A DNA stretch of 48,185 nt from an uncultured Prevotellaceae bacterium (GCA_946624335.1 CAMOSA010000001.1:1-48185); one strand, 5' to 3'; counted from the first letter of the stretch, positions 19,667 through 29,482 are shown. Notes: generated from the letters alone by a model not told the origin. Program-made: numbers and translations.

Positions 19667-22186
19667 ATGAAATCACTAAGGACATTATTTATGCTGGCTG
19701 CGACGGCTCTTGTAGCTATCGTCAGCCACGCGGCCAACGTGCCGCCGGGCAGTAGCGTCGCCCCTGACGATGATGACTACGAGATGGAGCAGCGCAAGCC
19801 GCTCATCCTCGCCGGCAAAGGTCATCTCAACGTCGAGGAACTGCGGCACGTCGACCTCGATATGGACATCTCGCAGCTCAGCCTTGCAGAGCTGCGCGTC
19901 GTGCGCAACGCGCTGGCTGCCAGCAAGGGACACGTTTTCACCAGCAAGGACCTGCGCAGTATGTTCGGCACAACGACGTGGTACGACCAGCTCATGATGG
20001 AGCGTAACGAAAAGATCGAGGAGACGATGGCCGCGGACAGCGAGGAAGCTGACTACGACGACTATCTTGACTACTACACCAAGTTTGCTGACAAGCACGT
20101 CCCGCTGAAGTACACACAGGCCGAGCTCCGCTTCGTCGAGCGCGTGAAAGCCCGGGAGGCCGAGCTGCTCAAACAGAATTTCAAGGCTAAGGCCGGCGAA
20201 CGGGTCAACCCCGACAATATCCTCAACCCCTGGCAGATTGAGGAGATGCCCAAGTCGCTGCGCGACATGCTGGCCCGCAACGGCTTTGCCATCGTGCCCA
20301 ACGACGGTGTCCAGCTGTTTCACGCCTACGAGGAGAACAACTACCATGTCTTCCCCAATTTTGTCACCACTGACGTCTATCTCCAGCTCTTCCATTTCTA
20401 TTTTGACTGCCTGCTGCGCGATATCGAGGAGGAACGGCTGAGCGTCCTCGTCGGACAGCTGTGTCAGGTCATAGGTGCTGATGTCGACAAGATAGCCGCC
20501 GCCCCCAAGAACGCGCAGATGGGCGCCGCCGCCGAGTGGCTGCAGGCCTATGTCGCCGTGGCGTGTGCGCTGCTCACCGGCGAGGCGCCGAAAGGTGTGC
20601 CGGCACGTTATGCCACCGACGTGGCCGAAGAGATCGATAAGAGCACAAAGGCGGAGTTGGCGCTCTCGCCCTTCCTGGGATATGACGACGTCTTCTTCCC
20701 GTACCCACTCTTCCGTCCCCGGGGTCACTACACGCACTCCGAGCCCCTCAAGCGCTATTTCCGTGCTATGATGTGGCTGCAGACAGCCCCCTTCTCTACC
20801 GAGGACATCAATGAGATGCGGAGGGCCGCACTGCTCGCACACGTCGTGGGCAATAACCCCGTCACGAAGAAGCTGTACCAGCAAGTGACCGAGCCCATCA
20901 CCTTCCTCATGGGGATGCCCGACAACGTCAGCGTCCTGCAAGTCTATGAAGAGATACGCTACGCCGGACTGCAGATTGACCGCCTGCTGGCATCGGAGAG
21001 CGACATGGTACAGCTGGCAAAGCGCATCGTCACTGTGGCACAGAACCAGACGCGCATCGTGCCTAAATACGCCGTCACGGCCAAGTTCAAGGTCAACCTC
21101 ATGCCACAGCGCTATATGCCCGATGCCGAAGTTTTGCAGGAGATGGCCGACACCGACACCAAACCGAGGACGCTGCGCAAGCTGCCCAAGGCACTCGACC
21201 TCATGGCCGCCATGGGCGTCTCTTCGGCTGAGAAAATCCTGCTGCAGGAACTGCGTGAGGCTGAGCGGTGGCCGCAGTACACCGATGCCCTCGCACAGAT
21301 GAAGGAGCGTATGGCGGCGATTGACTGGAAAGCGAGCGTTGCCAACTACTGGATCGACGCCGTCCACGAAGTGCCCTCCGTGCCCGATGGAGCACCCTAT
21401 TTCATGCAGACACACGAGTGGCAGAAGAAGAGCCTTAACACCGCACTCGCGTCATACGCCGAACTGAAGCACGACGCTATACTCTATGCCAAGCAACCAT
21501 TCGGTGCCGAATGTGGCGGCGGCGGACCTCCAGAGCCTGTCATCAAGGGATACGTAGAGCCCAGCCTGGCCTTCTGGAAGAAAGCCGTCGAGCTGAACAA
21601 GACCTACGAGCAAGTGCTGCGACGTTTCGAGCTGATGACCGAGAAAGCCGAGAGCGCCTGCGAGAGCGTCAGCTCACAGGCACAGTTCCTGCTTGACGTC
21701 AGCGAGAAGGAGCTGGCGGGTAAGCCCCTGAGCAACGCCGAGCACAACCAGATAGAAATCATAGGTTCTAACATCGAATATATTTCCCTGCAGCTCGCGC
21801 AGCAGAAGGACAACTTCCTTGCTTCATGGGACGACGTGACGGGTGCCGACCGCAAAGTGGCCTGCATCGCCGACGTCTACACGGCCAATAGCTTTAATAT
21901 CCCCTCACCCGAGCACGCCGTGCTCTACGAGGCCGTCGGACCTGCCTATGACATCTACGTCATCGTCGAGATCGAGGGACAGCTGTGGCTCACCAGGGGC
22001 GCCGTGTTCTCCTACCGTGAGCTCGAACGGCCCAGCACCGATAGCCGCTTGACCGACGAGGAATGGCAGGAGCATCTTGAGACCAACCCCACAGACGGAA
22101 CGCCCACGTGGATGAAGGACATCACTGTGCCACTGAAGAATACCCCCGAGCCTAATGCTCAAGTCCTTTACAGCACTGGCTGTTAG
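19667..22186 (+). CDS. Secreted protein with an N-terminal YARHG-like domain and a large DUF3160-like body
   Basis: Signal peptide MKSLRTLFMLAATALVAIVSHA. LAELRVVRNALAASKGHVF resembles the YARHG motif, and FRPRGHYT occurs in the body. Start placed at the ATG at 19667, since the track start is TTG. Confidence 0.6.
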   Translation: MKSLRTLFMLAATALVAIVSHAANVPPGSSVAPDDDDYEMEQRKPLILAGKGHLNVEELRHVDLDMDISQLSLAELRVVRNALAASKGHVFTSKDLRSMFGTTTWYDQLMMERNEKIEETMAADSEEADYDDYLDYYTKFADKHVPLKYTQAELRFVERVKAREAELLKQNFKAKAGERVNPDNILNPWQIEEMPKSLRDMLARNGFAIVPNDGVQLFHAYEENNYHVFPNFVTTDVYLQLFHFYFDCLLRDIEEERLSVLVGQLCQVIGADVDKIAAAPKNAQMGAAAEWLQAYVAVACALLTGEAPKGVPARYATDVAEEIDKSTKAELALSPFLGYDDVFFPYPLFRPRGHYTHSEPLKRYFRAMMWLQTAPFSTEDINEMRRAALLAHVVGNNPVTKKLYQQVTEPITFLMGMPDNVSVLQVYEEIRYAGLQIDRLLASESDMVQLAKRIVTVAQNQTRIVPKYAVTAKFKVNLMPQRYMPDAEVLQEMADTDTKPRTLRKLPKALDLMAAMGVSSAEKILLQELREAERWPQYTDALAQMKERMAAIDWKASVANYWIDAVHEVPSVPDGAPYFMQTHEWQKKSLNTALASYAELKHDAILYAKQPFGAECGGGGPPEPVIKGYVEPSLAFWKKAVELNKTYEQVLRRFELMTEKAESACESVSSQAQFLLDVSEKELAGKPLSNAEHNQIEIIGSNIEYISLQLAQQKDNFLASWDDVTGADRKVACIADVYTANSFNIPSPEHAVLYEAVGPAYDIYVIVEIEGQLWLTRGAVFSYRELERPSTDSRLTDEEWQEHLETNPTDGTPTWMKDITVPLKNTPEPNAQVLYSTGC

Positions 22187-23036
22187 CGCCACACTGACCA
22201 TCACTTTCACCGGCGACATCCTCCTCGACCGGGGCGTGCGCCGGCAGATCGAGGCCCACGGCACGGAGAGCCTGTTCACCGCAGGCGTCGACTCCGTGCT
22301 GTGTGCCTCGGATATCGTGGTGGGCAATCTCGAGTGCCCAGCCACCGTGATCCATGCCCCCACCTTCAAGCGCTTCGTCTTCCGTGCTGAGCCACAGTGG
22401 CTCGGCGTACTTCGGCGTCACGGCTTCACGCACCTCAACTTAGCCAACAACCACAGCGTCGACCAGGGACGGCGCGGCCTGGCCGACACCCACCGCCAAG
22501 TCATCGCGCACGGCATGACGCCCGTCGGAGCCGACTCCACGCAGGAGGCCGCCTGCCAGCCCGTGCTGCTGGCCGAACAGCCTCGGCGGGTGTGGCTGCT
22601 GCCGACGCTGCGGCTGGCCCTCGAGAACTTCGCATGGCTGCCACGGCAGTGGAGCGTCAGTCAGGATGACGACGAACGCCTCGTCAGCCGTGTGGCCGAC
22701 CTCCGGCGTACCGACTCGGCAGCCGTCATCATCGTCTCGCCCCACTGGGGATGGGAACACCACATGGAGCCAGTGGGGCTGCAGCGGCGGCTTGCACACA
22801 GCCTCATTGACGCAGGAGCTGACATTATCATAGGGCACCACACGCACACCAGACAGACCATCGAAGAATACCGTGGGCGGAGCATCTACTACAGCATCGG
22901 CAATTTCATCTTCGACCAGCAACGCGACGTCAACCGCCGTGCCTGCATCGTCCAACTCGATGTGACAGCCGACAGCATCGATGTGCGCACACTGCCCGTG
23001 CACATCACCCATTGTGCGCCAACGCTTGATTTTTAG
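22155..23036 (+). CDS. CapA/PGA_cap-family metallophosphatase-like protein
   Basis: Motifs GDILLDRG, NLECP, NLANNHSVDQG, SPHWGWE and IIGHHTH. It overlaps the upstream gene by 32 nt, so the exact start is uncertain. Confidence 0.75.
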   Translation: MLKSFTALAVSATLTITFTGDILLDRGVRRQIEAHGTESLFTAGVDSVLCASDIVVGNLECPATVIHAPTFKRFVFRAEPQWLGVLRRHGFTHLNLANNHSVDQGRRGLADTHRQVIAHGMTPVGADSTQEAACQPVLLAEQPRRVWLLPTLRLALENFAWLPRQWSVSQDDDERLVSRVADLRRTDSAAVIIVSPHWGWEHHMEPVGLQRRLAHSLIDAGADIIIGHHTHTRQTIEEYRGRSIYYSIGNFIFDQQRDVNRRACIVQLDVTADSIDVRTLPVHITHCAPTLDF

Positions 23037-23088
23037 TTAAAACAACAATTTTCTGACGCGAAAGACTTCAGTTATCCCAAATAATGTG

Positions 23089-23096
23089 TATCTTTG
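23089..23096 (+). promoter_or_regulatory. Bacteroidota -7 box
   Basis: TATCTTTG lies 100 nt upstream of the holB ATG. Confidence 0.45.
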
Positions 23097-23196
23097 CCGG
23101 CGCAAATCACTGCCGGCCGCGTCCTGACCGCCCGTCCGCCCGGACGGAACATGGTGCCACGGACATCGGTGGCGGTGCCGTAAGAGAGACTCTTAG

Positions 23197-24234
23197 ATGA
23201 ACACATTCGTAGGTCAGACAGCCACCTGGCAGCGCCTCTTAGGTGACCTCCGGGCCAACCGCGTGCCGCACGCCCTGATGTTTACCGGACCCTCGGGCTC
23301 CGGCAAGCTGGCCTTGGCCGTAGCCTTTGCCCGGGCACTGCTTTGCGAGCATCCGGCCGCCGACGGCGAGCCCTGCGGCCAGTGCCCATCGTGCAAGATG
23401 ACGGCCAAGCTCGAGCACCCTGACCTGCACTTCAGCTTCCCCATCGTCAAGGGGACCAAGGTCAAACCTGAGCAGGCGCTCTCCGAGCTCTATATCAAGG
23501 AGTGGCGTGCGCGGCTGCTGCAGAGCCCCTATTTCGACCTCAACGACTGGCTTGCCGACATGGGCGCCGCCAATCAACAGGCCACCTACTACGTCGCCGA
23601 GAGTGACAACATACAGCGCAAACTTGCCTTGAAAGCCAGCCAGGGTGGCCGCAAGGTCATGGTGATATGGCTCCCCGAGAAGTTCAATCAGGAGACCGCC
23701 AACAAACTCCTCAAGCTCTTCGAGGAACCGCCGGCGGCGACACATTTCCTCATGGTCAGCGAAGAGCCCGACCTCGTGCTCGGCACGATACTCAGCCGCA
23801 CGCAGCGCATCATGGTGCCGCCCCTCTCGCGAGAAGAATACCTCCAGGCACATCCGCCGCGCGACGAACGGCAGTTCCTTGATATGTTCATCCTGCTCAT
23901 GCGACTCGCCTACCAGCGTAAGGTCAAGGATATGCGCGAGTGGAGCGAGACGATGGCAGCCATGGGGCGAGAGCAGCAGAAGAGCTTCCTGCAGTTCTGC
24001 CAGCGACAGGTACGCGAGAACTTTGTCTACAACTTCCGACAACCCGAGCTCAACAGCCAGAGCCCTGAGGAGGCTGCCTTCAGCCACAACTTCGCACGAT
24101 TCATCAACGAGCGTAACGTCATACCCATCGCCGACGAGCTGGGCAAGGCCGAGACAGACATCGCACAAAACGTCAACGCACGCATGGTATTCTTCGACCT
24201 CGCCTTGAAGATGATCGTGCTACTCATACAATGA
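23197..24234 (+). CDS. holB: DNA polymerase III subunit delta'
   Basis: HALMFTGPSGSGKLALA (degenerate P-loop), zinc module CGQCPSC, and the SRTQ sensor. Confidence 0.88.
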   Translation: MNTFVGQTATWQRLLGDLRANRVPHALMFTGPSGSGKLALAVAFARALLCEHPAADGEPCGQCPSCKMTAKLEHPDLHFSFPIVKGTKVKPEQALSELYIKEWRARLLQSPYFDLNDWLADMGAANQQATYYVAESDNIQRKLALKASQGGRKVMVIWLPEKFNQETANKLLKLFEEPPAATHFLMVSEEPDLVLGTILSRTQRIMVPPLSREEYLQAHPPRDERQFLDMFILLMRLAYQRKVKDMREWSETMAAMGREQQKSFLQFCQRQVRENFVYNFRQPELNSQSPEEAAFSHNFARFINERNVIPIADELGKAETDIAQNVNARMVFFDLALKMIVLLIQ

Positions 24235-24306
24235 ATGACGTGCCGCTGAACACACCGGCACACTCACAATGCAAAAACAATCATATTAGCAGATACACAC
24301 ACACTT

Positions 24307-25509
24307 ATGGACATAGAGATAGAAAAAGACAGCATCGGACAGGTGCGTAACGTCCTGCCCTCCGAGGACGAGCGCGGACAGGGTCTGCCCCTCTTCCCCG
24401 GATCGCGGGGACTGTCGCTCCGCGGATGCCCCAAGCAGAGCTGCCAGCTGAACGTCTACGACTACCTGGCCGACATACCCGACAACGACGCCACCACCGA
24501 CCTCGTCGAGGTGCAGTTCAAGAACACACGCAAGGGCTACTACCACAACTCCAACCGCCTGCCGCTCGAGAAAGGCGACATCGTTGCCGTAGAAGCCTCG
24601 CCGGGTCATGACATAGGCACCGTCACCCTCACCGGCAAGCTCGTGCTCCTGCAGATCAAGCGCACGCCACCCAAGAGTATGGATGACATCAAGGTTGTCT
24701 ATCGCAAGGCACGTCCCGTCGATATGGAGAAATACGAGGAAGCCAAGGCACGCGAGCACGACACCATGATCCGCTCCCGCCAGATTGCCAAGGAGCTGGG
24801 CCTTGAGATGAAGATCGGCGACGTCGAATACCAGGGCGACGGCAACAAAGCCATCTTCTACTACATCGCCGACGGCCGCGTCGACTTCCGGCAGCTCATC
24901 AAGGTGCTGGCCGACGTCTTCCACGTGCGCATTGAAATGAAACAGATCGGCGCACGCCAGGAGGCCGGACGCATCGGAGGATTCGGCCCCTGCGGGCGAG
25001 AGCTCTGCTGCACCACATGGATGAAAAACTTCGTCAGCGTCTCCACCACAGCCGCACGCTACCAGGACCTCAGCCTCAACCCCCAGAAGCTCGCAGGACA
25101 ATGCGCCAAGCTCAAGTGCTGCATGAACTTCGAGGTCGACCAGTACGTCGAGGCATCACGGCGCCTGCCCAGCCGCGAGTTGCAGCTCGAGACCGTCGAC
25201 GGCACCTTCTACTTCTTCAAGGCAGACATACTGACCAATATGGTCACCTACTCCACCGACAAGCGCGTGGCTGCCAACCTCACCACCATCACCGCCCAGC
25301 GCGCACTCGAGGTCATAGCCATGAACAAGGAAGGACAGAAACCCGTCGCACTTGACGACAAGGCGCCCGAGGCCGCACCCCGCACCGTCGACCTGGCCAC
25401 ACAGGAAGACCTCACACGCTTCGACAAGGCCAAGAAAAAGAAAAAGAAGAAAAAGAAAAAACCGGCCGATGCCCCGACCGACGAAACGGTTAACACGTTA
25501 ACAAGTTAA
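24307..25509 (+). CDS. PSP1 C-terminal domain protein (YaaT/RicT-like) with a poly-Lys tail
   Basis: PSP1 core is RIEMKQIGARQEAGRIGGFGPCGRELCCTTW. Conserved holB-PSP1-gldH synteny. C-terminal KKKKKKKKKKK run. Confidence 0.85.
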   Translation: MDIEIEKDSIGQVRNVLPSEDERGQGLPLFPGSRGLSLRGCPKQSCQLNVYDYLADIPDNDATTDLVEVQFKNTRKGYYHNSNRLPLEKGDIVAVEASPGHDIGTVTLTGKLVLLQIKRTPPKSMDDIKVVYRKARPVDMEKYEEAKAREHDTMIRSRQIAKELGLEMKIGDVEYQGDGNKAIFYYIADGRVDFRQLIKVLADVFHVRIEMKQIGARQEAGRIGGFGPCGRELCCTTWMKNFVSVSTTAARYQDLSLNPQKLAGQCAKLKCCMNFEVDQYVEASRRLPSRELQLETVDGTFYFFKADILTNMVTYSTDKRVAANLTTITAQRALEVIAMNKEGQKPVALDDKAPEAAPRTVDLATQEDLTRFDKAKKKKKKKKKKPADAPTDETVNTLTS

Positions 25510-25544
25510 TCTGTTAATCCGTTAATCCGTTAATATGTTAACCT
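25489..25544. repeat. Exact 8-nt periodic array, 7 x GTTAA(C/T)NN
   Basis: GTTAA starts at 25489, 25497, 25505, 25513, 25521, 25529 and 25537. The array contains the PSP1 stop codon (25507-25509) and the gldH ATG (25535). Confidence 0.9.
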
Positions 25545-26074
25545 GTCCATCTTCCCTCCCTCCCTCTCGTCGCTGGTGGTGCGCCTTGGTGCTGCCCCTG
25601 GCGGCCCTGTTGCTCATTGCCTGCCACGGCCGTCGCACCTACCACCATTTCGAGCCCGTCGACCCCACCGGTTGGACCGTCGCCGACACCGTCCGCTTCC
25701 GCCCCGAGACCATCGACGAGGATCGCCTCTACACCCTCAGCGTAGGCGTGCGCTTTGCCGACAGCTATGCCTACCGCGACCTGTGGATCGTCGTCGAGCA
25801 GCGCGCCGGGCGGCGACAGCCTGCACCCCTCACCCCCTATGGCGACAAGCCACGGCGCACGGCACTCACCCCCGTGCGGCGCGACACGCTCCACATGATC
25901 CTCGCCGACAGCAAGGGCAAGTGGCTCGCACAGGGCGTCGCCATGCACGAGGCAGAGGAGGTGATCACGGCCGCACGCCTCTCTAAGGACTACGACAGCG
26001 AGTTCCTCCTCTATCACATCATGCGGCAGCAGACCGTCCAGGGCATCTGCGAGGTAGGCCTGAAGATCAAGTGA
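25535..26074 (+). CDS. gldH: Gliding-motility / T9SS-associated lipoprotein GldH
   Basis: Lipobox LLIAC, size 179 aa, W-containing N-terminal motif (PTGWTVADTVRF), and position after holB-PSP1. Confidence 0.75.
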   Translation: MLTCPSSLPPSRRWWCALVLPLAALLLIACHGRRTYHHFEPVDPTGWTVADTVRFRPETIDEDRLYTLSVGVRFADSYAYRDLWIVVEQRAGRRQPAPLTPYGDKPRRTALTPVRRDTLHMILADSKGKWLAQGVAMHEAEEVITAARLSKDYDSEFLLYHIMRQQTVQGICEVGLKIK

Positions 26075-26101
26075 CGCCCTCAACGACAAGCGCCGACCTG
26101 T

Positions 26102-26130
26102 CCTCCTTCCCCCACTGGTGGTCAAGGAGG
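26102..26130 (+). terminator. Stem-loop downstream of gldH, with no T-tract
   Basis: CCTCCTT-CCCCCACTGGTGGTC-AAGGAGG, with an inner CCAC/GTGG pairing. Confidence 0.3.
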
Positions 26131-26171
26131 AAGTAACCACAATCGTATTATTGAACTTATAATAGCGAAGC

Positions 26172-26247
26172 CATCCGCGGCAGCCAGACTTTCGTCGGAG
26201 AACTTACACTCTGAACATCAAAAACGCCCATTTCATCGGGAAATTTT
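26172..26247 (+). repeat. Left copy of a ~75-nt imperfect direct repeat (small-gene 3' end plus downstream sequence)
   Basis: CATCCGCGGCAGCCAGACTTTCGTCGGAGAA...ATCAAAAACGCCCATTTCATCGGG matches 29440-29514. It encodes ...EAIRGSQTFVGELTL* with no upstream ORF. Confidence 0.85.
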
Positions 26248-26317
26248 AAGCCCAATGTCATTGGACTCTTTTATTGCTTGGTGGTACAATACTACAGCTT
26301 ATAACCGGCCGACTGAT

Positions 26318-29212
26318 ATGAAACATAGGACCTTCATTATTTTATTTGCACTCTTAGCTAGCGCCGATGTTCTTGCGAGCTCGCTTGACTCACTTGTTCG
26401 GCGTCTTCAGTTATTCGGTGAGCGAATTCCTCAGGAGAAAGTCTTTGTCCACATGGACAACACTTGCTACTTCCTCGGCGATACGATTTGGTTCGCAGCC
26501 TATACGTGCCGAACCAACAACGACCGGCCGAGCAAGATAAGTCGTATCCTGTATACAGAGTTGTGGAATAATGACGGGTATCTCGTAGAACGTAAGTTGG
26601 TGAATATGAATAACGGGCGGGGCAGAGGCTTCTTTGCCCTACCCGATTCTTTGTATGCTGGTTATTACGAACTGCGAGCCTACACTCGCTGGCAACTCAA
26701 CTGGGGCCAAACGGAGCATGAACATTCGTGGTCAGCAGAATTATGGTTCTTTAACCGCCAGCTGGCCAAGGAATACTACCGTGATTATGACAAACTGTAT
26801 TCGCGTGTATTCCCTGTATATGACAAGCCCCGGGAAGAGGGACGTTACTCCCATGACATGACTTTGCGCCCGCTGCGCCGATACTTCAAAAACGGGAAAG
26901 CCTCTCCGTCACTACAGCTCAAACTCTATCCCGAAGGCGGCAACCTCATCGCAGCCACCCCCAACCGTGTCGCTTTTGAGGTCACCACGGAAGAAGGAGA
27001 ACCTGTTGAAGGCGAGCTGGCAATAGATAGCATTCAAGCAAGAACTGTAAGCAGAGGTAGAGGTGCTTTCGTCATCACGCCAAACGCCAATCAAAAATAT
27101 AAGGCGTCGTTCGTATCTGCTGACGGAAGACAGGCAGAGGCCAATCTTCCTCAGGCAGAAACCGATGGGGTAGCCATTAGGATTGGCCACAAGGAAAGAG
27201 GATACGGCATCATGATTAACAAGAGGGGCAAAGCTGGCGGCAAGGAGTTAGGACTGACGGTCATGCGAGAAGGTGTGTTATGCTTCTCACGGCATTTGTC
27301 TGCGACCTCAGAGCAGATAGTGGTTCCTGACAGTGCGCTCAAAGTGGGTGTCAACCAACTGACAGTTTTCGATGCCGATGGCCGGATTTATGCCGACCGC
27401 CTTTTCTTCGTCTCAAAGAGTGATCAGTTGCGTCCCACACTCTCTGTCCACGGCATCAGGGAGCAATACAAGCCTTTCGAAAAGATTGAATTAGGAGTAA
27501 AGAGAGAGGGGCCTCGTCGAGAGGATTCTGAGGAGGCGCACCTCTCTCTCGCTGTCCGCGATGCCGCACATTCCGACATCACCTACGACTGCGGCAACAT
27601 CATGACAGAGATGCTCTTAGCCTCAGAAATCAAGGGCTTCGTGCCACAGCCTGATTATTTCTTTGAGGCGGATGATGAAGAACACCGGCAAGCACTTGAC
27701 TTGTTGATGATGACACAGGGTTGGCGGCGCTTCAAATGGGAGGAGATGGCTGTGCCCGGAAACTTTGAGCTGACTCATCCGGCAGAGCTGACTCAGGTCC
27801 TTGAAGGGGAAGTGTATCCTTATCATAGGGTATTAAAGGAGGACAAAGTGTTCATCCAAGACCTGATCCTGCATGCCATTTTTATGGGAATGCCGAATGA
27901 AATGCTTTATGAGCAACTCCATGGTCAATTCGGGACGAGTGATATGGAGATGATTGCCAAGATGGCCCAAGACAACCAAAGAATGGCAGACAGTTATCAT
28001 GACCATAACCCTCGGGATGAGTCCGTGAATAACAAGGATGGCAAAGAGAACGAGGAAGTCATAGCGCCGACTTTAGTCTATGGAAGAGAACTGTCTTCAT
28101 CAGAACAGACGTATGAACAGATACAGGGTAGGATCTCCGGGGGAGAGTATAGTGCGTCGAGGCGCACTGATGCCGCAAAAGCTAACGAACAGAAAGCGCT
28201 CTCATGGGGACATCCAGTGACGAATTTGCACATACATGCAGAATTCGCACAACCTGGGAGCGAGACGCTCATCGCTGACATGGATTCTCCGACAGGGCGG
28301 TTCAAGATTGAAGCGCCAGCGTTCGAAGGAGATTGTGTCATGCATCTCGCTGCGTCGAAGAACAGCACACCCAGAGGCAACAACTGGGTCGTACCCGATG
28401 AGGACGAGTACCCGGAGTATTACGTCAGATTGCACTTACCCTATCCGCGATTCGTGAAGCCCTATTCATTCTTTCAGACTCATCGGAGGATGATGACATC
28501 CGCGGAGGGCGGCAGCGTTCAATTCGGAGACCGTGTTCAGCAGATGAAAGAAGTGGTCATACGCTCTCGCCATGGCGGCCTTCGTGCCTTTGATGCCACG
28601 AAGCCAGCATACGTCCTGGACGCCTACCAGGCGTTCAATGAAGTTGTCGATGCAGGCCTTTATCCTGCCTGGTATGGCGGTGTGTCGTCATTCGTGCCTT
28701 GTGTGGCGCGGAATTATATCGGCGATATGAACCAGAACCGTGCCTATGAGCTGAATCCTCGTTTTGACGGACATCACCCCAGCTTCTTCCAATCGGACGG
28801 TGATTTCAATGACTTCAGCCATCTCTACAACCTTGACAAGATATATATCTATTCTGACTACAGCCCGCGTCGTGAAAAGGATGAGCGTTTCAATCAAGCC
28901 AATCAGCCAGACGTACAGGTCGACTTCCGCCGATATCCAGACCGCAGCCGTCGTGTAACTTATCGCGACCGTCGCTATATCCTTCATGGCTTCTCAGTCT
29001 GCGAGGATTTCTATCATCCCGACTATCATCAGGATCCACCGGCGGAGGGGATGAAAGACTATCGGAGGACGCTCTATTGGAACCCAGACCTGAAACTTGA
29101 TGAATCAGGAGAAGCTATCATTTCATTTTACAATAATTCTCAGGACACACACATTACCGTTGAAGCTAATGGCCTGACAAGTGGCGGCGAAGTCCTTTTT
29201 ATTGAACAGTAA
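26318..29212 (+). CDS. Large secreted hypothetical protein (964 aa) with an MG2/alpha-2-macroglobulin-like N-terminal region
   Basis: Signal peptide MKHRTFIILFALLASADVLASS. N-terminal KVFVHMDNTCYFLGDTIWFAAY and C-terminal TLYWNPDLKLDESGEAIISFYNN resemble Bacteroidota MG2-type proteins. Codon usage is visibly AT-richer than the flanks. Confidence 0.6.
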   Translation: MKHRTFIILFALLASADVLASSLDSLVRRLQLFGERIPQEKVFVHMDNTCYFLGDTIWFAAYTCRTNNDRPSKISRILYTELWNNDGYLVERKLVNMNNGRGRGFFALPDSLYAGYYELRAYTRWQLNWGQTEHEHSWSAELWFFNRQLAKEYYRDYDKLYSRVFPVYDKPREEGRYSHDMTLRPLRRYFKNGKASPSLQLKLYPEGGNLIAATPNRVAFEVTTEEGEPVEGELAIDSIQARTVSRGRGAFVITPNANQKYKASFVSADGRQAEANLPQAETDGVAIRIGHKERGYGIMINKRGKAGGKELGLTVMREGVLCFSRHLSATSEQIVVPDSALKVGVNQLTVFDADGRIYADRLFFVSKSDQLRPTLSVHGIREQYKPFEKIELGVKREGPRREDSEEAHLSLAVRDAAHSDITYDCGNIMTEMLLASEIKGFVPQPDYFFEADDEEHRQALDLLMMTQGWRRFKWEEMAVPGNFELTHPAELTQVLEGEVYPYHRVLKEDKVFIQDLILHAIFMGMPNEMLYEQLHGQFGTSDMEMIAKMAQDNQRMADSYHDHNPRDESVNNKDGKENEEVIAPTLVYGRELSSSEQTYEQIQGRISGGEYSASRRTDAAKANEQKALSWGHPVTNLHIHAEFAQPGSETLIADMDSPTGRFKIEAPAFEGDCVMHLAASKNSTPRGNNWVVPDEDEYPEYYVRLHLPYPRFVKPYSFFQTHRRMMTSAEGGSVQFGDRVQQMKEVVIRSRHGGLRAFDATKPAYVLDAYQAFNEVVDAGLYPAWYGGVSSFVPCVARNYIGDMNQNRAYELNPRFDGHHPSFFQSDGDFNDFSHLYNLDKIYIYSDYSPRREKDERFNQANQPDVQVDFRRYPDRSRRVTYRDRRYILHGFSVCEDFYHPDYHQDPPAEGMKDYRRTLYWNPDLKLDESGEAIISFYNNSQDTHITVEANGLTSGGEVLFIEQ

Positions 29213-29213
29213 C

Positions 29214-29482
29214 ATGAAATCACTGGTTATTCTTATCCTTTGTTTGCCTATTCAATCGACAGCACGAATAATTGAAAAAGAATTGTTGTCTTTCTCAGAC
29301 GCGGTCGATAGTATCGCATTACATTCCGATAGAGCACAGTTTGCATGGTTAGAGGATGGGGACGTCGTGTTCACCATCTATGTATATAAGGTGACATCAC
29401 CCTGCCCTCGCCCCTCTCCGGCACCTACGCCATCGAGGTCATCCGCGGTAGCCAGACTTTCGTCGGAGAAATCACCCTTTAA
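29214..29482 (+). pseudogene. Small secreted protein gene that appears frameshifted near 29385-29392
   Basis: The frame from the ATG at 29214 (MKSLVILILCLPIQS...VVFTIYVYK) runs on into a low-complexity P/S/R tail to 29531. A shifted frame from 29390 encodes GDITLPSPLSGTYAIEVIRGSQTFVGEITL*, which matches the tail preserved in the left repeat copy. Confidence 0.4.

Noticed and set aside
25434-25462. AAG/AAA tract encoding Lys11 in the PSP1 tail, considered as a slipped-strand phase-variation site.
   Set aside because: The tract is a mixed AAG/AAA heteropolymer with A-runs of only 5-6 nt, and it sits 15 codons from the natural stop. A frameshift would barely alter the protein. The adjacent 8-nt array is the stronger candidate.
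26255-26317. Upstream extension (MSLDSFIAWWYNTTAYNRPTD) of the large secreted protein ORF.
   Set aside because: The ATG at 26318 begins a canonical signal peptide (MKHRTFIILFALLASADVLA). The extension would bury it and overlaps the left direct-repeat flank.
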